Assembly (NCBI GenBank): GCA_024694565.1
Contig: JAILJR010000225.1
Span: 24,754 to 88,753 of the forward strand
Origin: Butyrivibrio sp.
Lineage (GTDB): Bacteria; Bacillota; Clostridia; Lachnospirales; Lachnospiraceae
DNA: 64,000 nt
Direction: 5' to 3'
The notes under the pieces: generated by a model
Told to the model about the DNA's origin: nothing
What the model saw: the letters and a program-made list of their open reading frames with translations, nothing else
Databases searched by the model: none
Translations under genes and position numbers: made by a program
Part shown: one piece after another, positions 39,166 to 47,125 of the stretch
How positions within the stretch are numbered: position 1 is the first letter of the stretch
Layout: every line of letters starts with the position of its first letter

Positions 39166-39249
39166 ACTCTCTTTTTCCTCTTCTAAACAATCCGTAAAAG
39201 CGCACTTGCGCTTATGTATTACTCAAATAAGTCCACAATGTCATTTGAC

Positions 39250-39278
39250 ATTATAACGCAAAGCCAGAATATTTGAAA
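39250..39278 (-). promoter_or_regulatory. SigA-type promoter upstream of mbl
   Basis: Minus strand TTCAAA/TTTCAA-16/17 nt-TATAAT. Confidence 0.45.
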
Positions 39279-39297
39279 GAGGATTAATCTGTAAATT

Positions 39298-39325
39298 ATA
39301 TCGTCAGAAAACAAGCATAAATTAA
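39298..39325 (-). promoter_or_regulatory. Sigma-28 promoter upstream of mbl
   Basis: Minus strand TTAA-16 nt-GACGATAT, with the same -10 octamer as the flgG promoter. Confidence 0.6.
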
Positions 39326-39443
39326 CACCAAAAGCCGTTAAATCTGCCACAATTCAATCTGCCCGATTGTGGCCGCTATTGCCCGTGCCGGGTCTATCAT
39401 CCTGACGTAAATTTTTATTGACTCTTTATCTATTTTTTATACT

Positions 39444-39539
39444 TATGAGCTGCCAGACAAAAGCTCGCACAGCCGTCTCGGGCTGTACATATTGTACAAT
39501 CACTTCTGCAACGCTTTTGCTCCTTTCGCTTCGTAGCGG
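39444..39539 (+). repeat. Left half of the repeat family (copy D)
   Basis: TATGAGCTGCCAGACAAAAGCTC...GGCTGTACATATTGTACAATCACTTC...GCTCCTTTCGCTTCGTAGCGG is collinear with copy B 15837-15932 and ends just before the core hairpin. Confidence 0.82.
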
Positions 39540-39573
39540 CCACTGCCTTCCGTCAGCTTAATGCCACCATATA

Positions 39574-40266
39574 TCAGGAATTAATAAGCTTATACTTGAG
39601 TTCTGCAAGCTGCCAGTCAACTTCGTTGTCGATATCCTGAACCTCAAGCTCAGAGAGCTCAAGTGGAATTATATCCCCTACCAGAACGGAGTGACTCTTT
39701 AAAAAGCTTCCTGTCCGAACCACGTAAAACTGCCCGGCATCGTGAAAGTGTGGCTCAAGATCCTGGGACCTCTTATTGAGGAACTCGGGCTGCCTGAAGA
39801 TAAGTCTTCCATCATGTATTTCCAGGGCTCGCTGGGGCGGATATGAAAAGCGCACAACAGGAACAAGGCAGTCGGCATCAGATCCGTCCAGCTTTTCAAC
39901 AGATTCCTTAAGCCTGTCACCGGTTATAAAGGGAGCTGTTGGATATATGCAGGTAAATATGTCAAAATCCTTTCCCAGCTTGTGGTATTCATCAAGCACT
40001 TCCTCAATGACGTCATCTGTTGTCGCAAAGTCGTTCGAAGTCTTTTCACTTCTCATAAAAGGCACTGAAGCGCCATATTTTCTTGCAATCTCAGCAATCT
40101 CCTCATCATCTGTGGATACCATGACTTCATCAAATACCTTCGAGTTGAGTGCAGCCTCTATCGAATATGTCATTATCGGCTTTCCGTTGAACTCTTTAAT
40201 ATTCTTTCTGGGTATCCTCTTGCTGCCTCCTCTGGCAGTTATCAGCGCCAGTGTCTTCATCGGCAT
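39574..40266 (-). CDS. pseF: Pseudaminic acid cytidylyltransferase (CMP-nonulosonate synthetase)
   Basis: Motifs ARGGSKRIPRKNIK, VSTDD, CIYPTAPF, RSQDLE, HDAGQFY and VQDID. Confidence 0.9.
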   Translation of the reverse strand: MPMKTLALITARGGSKRIPRKNIKEFNGKPIMTYSIEAALNSKVFDEVMVSTDDEEIAEIARKYGASVPFMRSEKTSNDFATTDDVIEEVLDEYHKLGKDFDIFTCIYPTAPFITGDRLKESVEKLDGSDADCLVPVVRFSYPPQRALEIHDGRLIFRQPEFLNKRSQDLEPHFHDAGQFYVVRTGSFLKSHSVLVGDIIPLELSELEVQDIDNEVDWQLAELKYKLINS

Positions 40267-40299
40267 TTTCCTCCTCTGTAAACGACATTTTTATCTGAC

Positions 40300-41676
40300 T
40301 TATTCCTTAAAATATTTCAAAAAAGTCTCATAATCAGCCTCATTCTGATCTGCATAGGCCTTTGCATATTTTACCATTGTGTTCTCAAACACATCACTCT
40401 TTCCAAGATACCCGGAAATGGCATGACGATTTCCTGTTTTTGCATGTGCGTGGGCAAGTGTCCAGGCACACATCAGGGACAGTCCGTGATAGGTACTCTC
40501 AGTTATCTTTTCAAGATCAAAAGAGCCCTTGGCATCATATAGCTGCCTGATATAATAATCGTTCCTGCGTCCATCCGGCAGCTCAAGATTCATCCATCCC
40601 AAAAGTATATCGCCTGCCGTCTGTATGAGCCTCTGACCCTGGACCACACGCTGCCCGCATCCCATATATGTGCCCTGTCCGTAATACTGTTCAAGGACTG
40701 ATTTCTCTGTCTGCTTTATCTGCAAAACAAGAGGGTCACCGTTATCTCTTCCAATAAGTACCAGAATCCACGCCTTGAGCCCGACGCTCCCGACTCCCAC
40801 TACCTTATGGGCAAGCTCAACCGGTTCGTACTGTTCAATAAGTCCACGCCTCTCAAATGGCAGAGACTCCTTGTAGAGCTCAAAGGCTTTGGCAAGGTTA
40901 TAATGGAAATCGAACAGCTCCTTCTCTTTTCCCGGCATATCCCTGATCGGTACTATAAGCGGCGGGTCACTCTTAATACGAAGCTTTCCGTCCACCGTCT
41001 CGGTCAGCTTCCTGACCGCTCTGTTGCTGTCGTGAGTTAAGGCCTTGTCAATTGCCGCCCTCATCACCTGTACATTTTCGGGTTTGATATGATAGCTCCC
41101 CTGTTCCAGAAAGCGCTCCATGTCAAAATGCTTGTACCATACCTCCATATTTCCCATCTCAGAAAAAGAACGCATGGAGGTTCTATACATCGCTGCCGCA
41201 TCAAAAACAGCCTTCTCCCTGCACTCTTTTGAGAAAGACCTTTCTCTTCCGCAAATCTCAATGCTCGAAAGAAGTCGCTTGATATCAACATCAAACGGAG
41301 CAGGATTTGTCTCGTCAAAATCATTGATGTCAAACAGTATCCTTCTCTCCGGAGATGCAAATATCCCAAAATTTGATATATGGGCATCCCCACAGGCCTG
41401 CACCATGAATTTCGTCCCCGGGTCAGATGCTATGTCATGCGCCTGGATAATAGCAGTCCCCCTGAAAAACGCAAACGGTGATGCTGCCATGCGCTCATGC
41501 CGCACGGGAATCAGCGCCTTAAGGCGCGTTGCCTCCTGCCCTGCCAGTAACTCAATAACAACCGATCTGTCTTTCTTTACCTCCCACTGCCCGAGGCTCT
41601 TTCTTGATACCACCTTCCTGTAAGCCTTTGCTTCCTCTTTGATCTCTTCTATTTCTTTCATTATCCTTAAGTCCAC
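40300..41676 (-). CDS. DUF2252 family protein
   Basis: Motifs RHERMAASPFAFFRG, CGDAHISNFG, FDINDFDE, KVVGVGSVG, LQIKQ, RVVQGQR and LAHAHAK. Confidence 0.85.
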   Translation of the reverse strand: MDLRIMKEIEEIKEEAKAYRKVVSRKSLGQWEVKKDRSVVIELLAGQEATRLKALIPVRHERMAASPFAFFRGTAIIQAHDIASDPGTKFMVQACGDAHISNFGIFASPERRILFDINDFDETNPAPFDVDIKRLLSSIEICGRERSFSKECREKAVFDAAAMYRTSMRSFSEMGNMEVWYKHFDMERFLEQGSYHIKPENVQVMRAAIDKALTHDSNRAVRKLTETVDGKLRIKSDPPLIVPIRDMPGKEKELFDFHYNLAKAFELYKESLPFERRGLIEQYEPVELAHKVVGVGSVGLKAWILVLIGRDNGDPLVLQIKQTEKSVLEQYYGQGTYMGCGQRVVQGQRLIQTAGDILLGWMNLELPDGRRNDYYIRQLYDAKGSFDLEKITESTYHGLSLMCAWTLAHAHAKTGNRHAISGYLGKSDVFENTMVKYAKAYADQNEADYETFLKYFKE

Positions 41677-41772
41677 CTTGTAGAATTTTTCCGGTTCAAA
41701 CCGTTCTTTTGATCAGCACTCTGATTCTTTCAAGCTCTTATCAGTCTTTTTGTAAATATTGATCGCTTCTTC

Positions 41773-42978
41773 CTATGACATTAAGCTATCCCGCAGCAGT
41801 TCCTTTGCAATGCGCTGAGCACCTCTCCCGTCTGTTAAGCCTTCAAGAGCCCTGCTCATCGAATCAATGCGGCAGGGATCCTCACAGATATCCCTGACCA
41901 TTCTGCATATAGTCCCAAGCACCTGCCTTGAAGAAGCGCCTCTTTCTGTCACATCCCCCGCAAACAGCATTCCTCCGCTCTTTTGCCAGAACTCTGCGTT
42001 CAGCTTCTGGTTGTCTGCAACCTGATAAAAGATCACCGGGAGCTTTTTTGCCGCACACTCGGTGAGCATGGTGCCTGCTGCCGAAACAGCAAAGTCACAG
42101 CAGCTCATGAGCTCTGCCATATTGGTAACCCTCTCATGCACATAAACATGCTCATGAGATGATGCAAATGACCTTATCTCCTCAATGTTTGACACAAGGC
42201 TGCCCGCGACAGTGTGAACTGTCACCGAATACGAAGCTGCTTTGTCGACATCTCCCGGTTTATCAGGCGAATCGTCCGAACAGACCGGACTGATCAGGCC
42301 GCAGCTTTCCAGCTCCTTCAGGACGCCTAAAAGCATTCCATACATATCAGCTCCGCCTGCTGCAAGGAGAATGTCAAAGTGCCCTTGTTTTTCCAAAGTG
42401 CTTTTCCGGACCTTATCACTTACCTCATATCCCGATTTTCCGGAGTTTTCCGGCTCTGAAAACTGCTCACGAAGCGGTGCATATAAAAGCCCCGTCAGAA
42501 GCCTTGTCTTTTCACCGCCAAAGCCGCAAACACCCTCGTACAGCCTGTCATACCCAAGCATTTCATAGAAGCCGCTGTAGTTTATAAGTATATTGACGGG
42601 ATAGGCTTCTTTTCCAAGATCGTCCATATAGGCAGTCCTGCACACTTTAGACAGTTCATCAAAATATCTTATTGTGACTTTATACGAATCAACGAGAAGG
42701 AAATCAATGCTGCGCGCAAGTATCTCTTTTTTCAGACGCGGAAGCTCACCCTCCATGTCCTGCCAGTTACTTCCAAGAACAACTGCCTTGGCCTCCGGAA
42801 TATCCTTAGAAAAATCATTAAACAGCTTTTCCGACTCCTCATCAGCCATAAAAAAGGTCACTTCCCCGCCCAGGGCACAGACCTGCTTTGCAACAGTTAT
42901 GCACCGCATCACATGTCCGGAGGCTATTATCCTGTTTGCATCTGCCCTTATTCCTATCATGGTGTGATGAGCTCCCAT
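41773..42978 (-). CDS. pseG: UDP-2,4-diacetamido-2,4,6-trideoxy-beta-L-altropyranose hydrolase (PseG/SpsG family)
   Basis: Motifs IRADA...GHVMRC, LVDSY, MDD, YAPLREQF, GGAD, SAAGT and ADNQ. Confidence 0.85.
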   Translation of the reverse strand: MGAHHTMIGIRADANRIIASGHVMRCITVAKQVCALGGEVTFFMADEESEKLFNDFSKDIPEAKAVVLGSNWQDMEGELPRLKKEILARSIDFLLVDSYKVTIRYFDELSKVCRTAYMDDLGKEAYPVNILINYSGFYEMLGYDRLYEGVCGFGGEKTRLLTGLLYAPLREQFSEPENSGKSGYEVSDKVRKSTLEKQGHFDILLAAGGADMYGMLLGVLKELESCGLISPVCSDDSPDKPGDVDKAASYSVTVHTVAGSLVSNIEEIRSFASSHEHVYVHERVTNMAELMSCCDFAVSAAGTMLTECAAKKLPVIFYQVADNQKLNAEFWQKSGGMLFAGDVTERGASSRQVLGTICRMVRDICEDPCRIDSMSRALEGLTDGRGAQRIAKELLRDSLMS

Positions 42979-44018
42979 GTCAGCGGAGTTCCCTTCTCAA
43001 TATCCACTGCTGCCCTTTTGCCTAGAACCTCCTCGTAGTACATGGTATGCATTCCGTTGCCCGGTCTTATTGACCTGACATTATCCTTATTAATTGTTTC
43101 GCCCTTCTTTATATCCTTAACAACAAAAAGAGATCTTGACAGCTTCCTCTCTGCTACCTGTTTGTCATTGAGGCGGTACTCATATTCTCCTAGGGCCTGT
43201 TCCATGACCCTCGCATCCCTGACCATGTCTGCAAACTCTTTCGGCTCCATTGAAAATGCATCATCGACGCCTCCGGCAGAGCGGTCAAGTGTAAGATGCT
43301 TTTCTATCATCTTACTCCCGAGGGCAATGCTCCCCGTCGGAATTACGCCGCCCAGCGTATGGTCGGAAAGCCCCACAATGCAGCCGAATCTGTCCGAGAG
43401 ATTCTGCATCATTCGCAGGTTTACAAGGTTATAGGGGGTAGGATATGCACTCACACATTTCAGGAGTATTACGTCTGTGTTGTCCTCCTGCCTGCATACA
43501 TCAAGCGCCCGCAGTATGTCCTCCTCGTAGGCGATTCCCGTCGCAAAGATTATCGGTTTGTGCAGCTTTGCTATCTTCCTGATGAGCGGAATGTCATTTA
43601 TCTCATAGCTTGCTATCTTGTAGGCAGGGACGTTAAGCTCTTCAAGGAAGTCTACGGCAGTCGGATCAAATGGTGAAGAAAAACATTCCATCCCCAGCTT
43701 TGCAGCCTCCTCCATGAGCCCCTTATGCCACTCCCAGGGAGTGTAGGCTTCCTTGTAAAGATCGTGCAGAGTTCTTCCCGCCCAGAGCCCATCCCCAGGT
43801 GTCATAAACCATGGCTTGTCGCAGTCAATGGTTATTGTGTCAGCTGTATAGGTCTGAAGCTTGATTGCATCAGCCCCGGCTTTCTTAGCCGCATGAATGA
43901 TCTCAACAGCCCTGTTGTAATCCCCGTTGTGATTTCCTGAGAGCTCAGCTACTATCATGCATGGCTCACCCTCACCGACTGTTCTGTTACCGATTTTTAT
44001 TCTCTTACTGAACATCAT
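42957..44018 (-). CDS. pseI: Pseudaminic acid synthase
   Basis: Motifs VAELSGNHNG, AIKLQTYTADT, TPWEWH, YKIASYE, GLSDHT and IEKH. C-terminal SAF/AFP domain. Confidence 0.92.
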   Translation of the reverse strand: MMFSKRIKIGNRTVGEGEPCMIVAELSGNHNGDYNRAVEIIHAAKKAGADAIKLQTYTADTITIDCDKPWFMTPGDGLWAGRTLHDLYKEAYTPWEWHKGLMEEAAKLGMECFSSPFDPTAVDFLEELNVPAYKIASYEINDIPLIRKIAKLHKPIIFATGIAYEEDILRALDVCRQEDNTDVILLKCVSAYPTPYNLVNLRMMQNLSDRFGCIVGLSDHTLGGVIPTGSIALGSKMIEKHLTLDRSAGGVDDAFSMEPKEFADMVRDARVMEQALGEYEYRLNDKQVAERKLSRSLFVVKDIKKGETINKDNVRSIRPGNGMHTMYYEEVLGKRAAVDIEKGTPLTWELITP

Positions 44019-44458
44019 CTGATCCTCTTAACAAAGCAGAATATATCTCCTGCCACAAATTTGCTGTATCCGTTATACTCAAAACATTTTCCTGACCCTT
44101 CATTCTGGGGCAGTGTAAATCCGATAAGGGCGTTCACTCCATCCGGAAGGCTTTTTTCGAGAAGGGCAAGTATCTCTTTTCCAAGCCCCTGTCCCCTCTT
44201 CTCGGGAGCGATTATATAGCTTATCTCGCCAAAATCACCCGTTACGTCAATACGTATGTATCCTGCTTTTTCACTGCCTGCCGTCAGGATAAAGAGGTGA
44301 CAGTTTTCATCCGCCATCTTTTTCTTGTACCACTCAAGGTGCTCCGGGATTCTTATAATATTCTTCGAAAAAGAGTTTGCCCTGCTCTGTTCATCATTTC
44401 TCCACCTCATGATGTCCATGGCATCCTCCATGGTGGCAGCTCGTAAAGATAATTCCAT
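44015..44458 (-). CDS. pseH: GNAT N-acetyltransferase (PseH-like)
   Basis: Motifs WRND...EHLEW, RGQGLG and NEGSGKCFE. Located in the pse operon. Confidence 0.72.
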   Translation of the reverse strand: MELSLRAATMEDAMDIMRWRNDEQSRANSFSKNIIRIPEHLEWYKKKMADENCHLFILTAGSEKAGYIRIDVTGDFGEISYIIAPEKRGQGLGKEILALLEKSLPDGVNALIGFTLPQNEGSGKCFEYNGYSKFVAGDIFCFVKRIR

Positions 44459-44491
44459 AGATGTCTCCTTTTCCTGTCACTAAAGGCGCCT

Positions 44492-45595
44492 CTACTTCCT
44501 GTCCAGGTTCTCCGTCTTTCTGTGGATGGAAGGATCCTCATATTTATCGAGGAAATCAAGCCCGAGATAAACGATCTCTTTTGCGAAATACGTGTTGTCC
44601 ATCTGTGTTATGACAGATATGACCTTATCCACCTCAAACCCTTCGATATCCCCGAGAACCTCCATCGGAAACTTGTCCCTCACAACCGCAACCTGGGGAA
44701 ATGCCTTTTCGTAATCAAGCACATCCCTGGGATGCGGCTTGATTATTATCCTGTTCTCATCCTTATACATATCTATGATGTCGCCAAAGAGCTTTTTGCG
44801 CACATCCATTTCACAGAGAGGCTCGGTGAGGATCATCACCTGCGGCCGTTTTGTCACCTCCCCTTCACTGTTTCCAAGCAGAAGCGACACCACCCTATCC
44901 CTGTTCTCCAAAAAGATATCAACCAGAATACTGTGATCTTCCCTTGTCAGTTTGTCGTTCAGATCCTTCCTCGGAACTTCAACAATGTTCTTTGGCGGCT
45001 TGTGATTGACGCTTATATCATTTACCTCATAGTCAATGCAGTACCTGCTGTAGCCGCTCTCAATAAAGATAAGCCCAAGCTTAGCCAGTGCCTTCTTGAG
45101 CGGCCATGCGCCCCTGTTGGCATTTCTGGCCTGATCATCCAGAAGGCCTGAATTGAGCCCATCCTCCACGGCATGATAAGGAATCTTCTTATAATTAAGG
45201 TAATATCCAATGGGATCCGAATCACAGAATACATACACATCACCATACCCTGAAAGATCCGTCGGCACATACCCCTCCTGCAGCTTACCAAGCAGTCTGG
45301 TATATGTAATCCTCTGAAGCAGATTAAGAATGAGATTACCACTGTCCCTATGGTATTTCATAACCTCCTTTGATGAACTGTCCACCTGCTCATCAAAGAT
45401 AAACACCCTGTCAAAGACACCGCTCTCCTCCAGCCTGCCCTTAAGATTCCCAAAATCATTAGACATGGTACTAAGAATAATATCCGCCCTCCCCGGATCG
45501 TCATGTCTTCTGACCAGCTCCTTAACCGCAGCAATATACGCATGATAATATGTATGACAAATATATACTCTCTTCTTGTTTTTTCGTTTATTCAT
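44492..45595 (-). CDS. GT52/sialyltransferase-like glycosyltransferase (probable pseudaminyltransferase)
   Basis: Motifs ICHTYYH, AVEDG (D/E-D/E-G), IKPHPRD and FPME. Start refined to 45595. Confidence 0.75.
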   Translation of the reverse strand: MNKRKNKKRVYICHTYYHAYIAAVKELVRRHDDPGRADIILSTMSNDFGNLKGRLEESGVFDRVFIFDEQVDSSSKEVMKYHRDSGNLILNLLQRITYTRLLGKLQEGYVPTDLSGYGDVYVFCDSDPIGYYLNYKKIPYHAVEDGLNSGLLDDQARNANRGAWPLKKALAKLGLIFIESGYSRYCIDYEVNDISVNHKPPKNIVEVPRKDLNDKLTREDHSILVDIFLENRDRVVSLLLGNSEGEVTKRPQVMILTEPLCEMDVRKKLFGDIIDMYKDENRIIIKPHPRDVLDYEKAFPQVAVVRDKFPMEVLGDIEGFEVDKVISVITQMDNTYFAKEIVYLGLDFLDKYEDPSIHRKTENLDRK

Positions 45596-45601
45596 GTCGT
45601 C

Positions 45602-45610
45602 ATTATACCA
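45602..45610 (-). promoter_or_regulatory. Extended -10 promoter, probable leaderless transcript of the GT52/pse operon
   Basis: Minus strand TGGTATAAT lies 6 nt before the ATG. No SD. Confidence 0.55.
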
Positions 45611-45648
45611 CGATATCTGCCGCAGCAAAAATCTAATAATGTTGAGGT

Positions 45649-45739
45649 CAAAAGCCACCTTGCGTCTCCGTGGCTGTGCATATTGTACAAGCACTTCGGG
45701 CACGCTTTCGCTCCTGCTCGCCGGTAGCTGAATTGTTAC
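45649..45739 (+). repeat. Partial copy of the repeat family (copy E)
   Basis: 45672-45715 matches copy B 15874-15917 at 43/44 nt. It ends with CTGAATTGTTAC, resembling the copy A right end. Confidence 0.82.
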
Positions 45740-45778
45740 CTGATAAATTATAGCAAATGCAATTCATGTGCCCCTCTG

Positions 45779-45807
45779 TTGACAGAAAAATTCCCCTGTA
45801 GTAAAAT
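45779..45807 (+). promoter_or_regulatory. Near-consensus SigA promoter P1
   Basis: TTGACA-17 nt-TAAAAT. Confidence 0.75.
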
Positions 45808-45825
45808 CCTTCACATAAGGCAATG

Positions 45826-45863
45826 GCGTCTCGGAGTGTGATCTCTGAGGCGCTTTTTGTTTT
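45826..45863 (+). terminator. Leader intrinsic terminator (attenuator)
   Basis: GCGTCTCGGAG-TGTGAT-CTCTGAGGCGC followed by TTTTTGTTTT, starting about 12 nt after the predicted P1 start site. Confidence 0.7.
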
Positions 45864-45874
45864 GCTTCAATAGC

Positions 45875-45904
45875 TTGAAAGAAGCGCCGCCACAGTAGTA
45901 TACT
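45875..45904 (+). promoter_or_regulatory. Second SigA-type promoter P2
   Basis: TTGAAA-18 nt-TATACT. Confidence 0.55.
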
Positions 45905-45979
45905 AACCGTAGTTACTGCTGCTTACGATGTTCGTGTGAACTTTGCAGCAGTCCTTATCAGAATCCGGAGGAAATCAAG

Positions 45980-47125
45980 ATGAAAATGAAATACTGTAAA
46001 CGCTGCCTCCAGCCTGACACCAGGCCGGGTATCATATTTGACGATGAGCAGATATGTTTTGCATGCAGATATGAAGAGTCCAAGAAGACAATAGACTGGG
46101 CTGCAAGGGAGGCTGAACTCAGGTCCTTTGCCGAAGAAGCCAAGCAGGAAGCCAAAAAGCGCGGCAACACCTACGACTGTATTATAGGTGTATCCGGCGG
46201 CAAGGACTCGACCTTCCAGGCTGTCTATGCCAAGGAAAAGCTGGGTCTCAATCCCCTTCTCATCAACTGCATGCCTGATGAGATAACCGAGATTGGAAGG
46301 AAGAACATTGTAAACTTAAACAACCTTGGCTTTGACATCATTTCAATAAGGCCTAACCCGATCGTAGCCAAGAAGCTTGCCAGGAAATCCTTCTTTGAGA
46401 GGGGCAACATCATTGCAGCTTCCGAGTACTGCCTGTGGGCATCTTCATATATAATGGCTGTCAAATTCAACATTCCCCTGATCATCCAGGGTGAAAATGC
46501 AGCTCTCACCCTCGGCGCTGCCAAAAATCAGGAGGCTTCGGGCAATGCCTTCTCCGTAATGCAGCTCGAGACCATAAGGGGAGCCAGTGTCGACAGCTTC
46601 GTTGATCTTTCAAACAACATCACCGAGAAGGACCTCTTTTTGTACAAGATCCCTACCGTGGAGGAAATGGAATCCATGGGTATCAAGGCAATATTCCTTC
46701 AGTATTATACAAAGGAGTGGTCACAGGTTCACAATGCAGATTTCGCAGTAGCCAGAGGGCTTACAGGAAGAAGCGACAACCTCTACGACCTTGGAAGATA
46801 CAGAAGATATACAGCCCTTGACTGTGATCTTCAGATTCCAAATCAGATGATCAAGTATCTTAAGTTCGGCTTTGGTTACGCAACTGACGAAATCTGCTAT
46901 GATATAAGAGAAGGCAGGTTCGACCGCGAGAGCGGCAAGTGGTATGTCAACGAGTACGACGGCAAGTGCGGCGAGAAGTACATACAGAAGGCCTGCGATT
47001 ATCTCTCAATAACCAGGGAAGAATTCTGGGAAGTTGTTGACCGGTATGTCAACAGAGATCTCTTCGAAAAAATCGACGGAAAGTGGACTCCAAAGTTCAC
47101 TGTTGGTGAGGATTATGAATCATAA
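45980..47125 (+). CDS. N-acetyl sugar amidotransferase (WbpG/WbuX/PseA family)
   Basis: N-terminal CKRC...TRPGI...CFAC, PP-loop IGVSGGKDS, GEN and YLKFGFG. Confidence 0.88.
   Translation: MKMKYCKRCLQPDTRPGIIFDDEQICFACRYEESKKTIDWAAREAELRSFAEEAKQEAKKRGNTYDCIIGVSGGKDSTFQAVYAKEKLGLNPLLINCMPDEITEIGRKNIVNLNNLGFDIISIRPNPIVAKKLARKSFFERGNIIAASEYCLWASSYIMAVKFNIPLIIQGENAALTLGAAKNQEASGNAFSVMQLETIRGASVDSFVDLSNNITEKDLFLYKIPTVEEMESMGIKAIFLQYYTKEWSQVHNADFAVARGLTGRSDNLYDLGRYRRYTALDCDLQIPNQMIKYLKFGFGYATDEICYDIREGRFDRESGKWYVNEYDGKCGEKYIQKACDYLSITREEFWEVVDRYVNRDLFEKIDGKWTPKFTVGEDYES

Noticed and set aside
39418-39443. TTGACT...TATACT as a plus-strand promoter firing into repeat copy D
   Set aside because: The spacer is only 14 nt, too short for SigA.
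45930-45941. GTTCGTGTGAAC as an SOS box
   Set aside because: The half-sites are inverted relative to the Firmicute LexA box (GAAC-N4-GTTC). It is better explained as the tip of a 5'-UTR hairpin.
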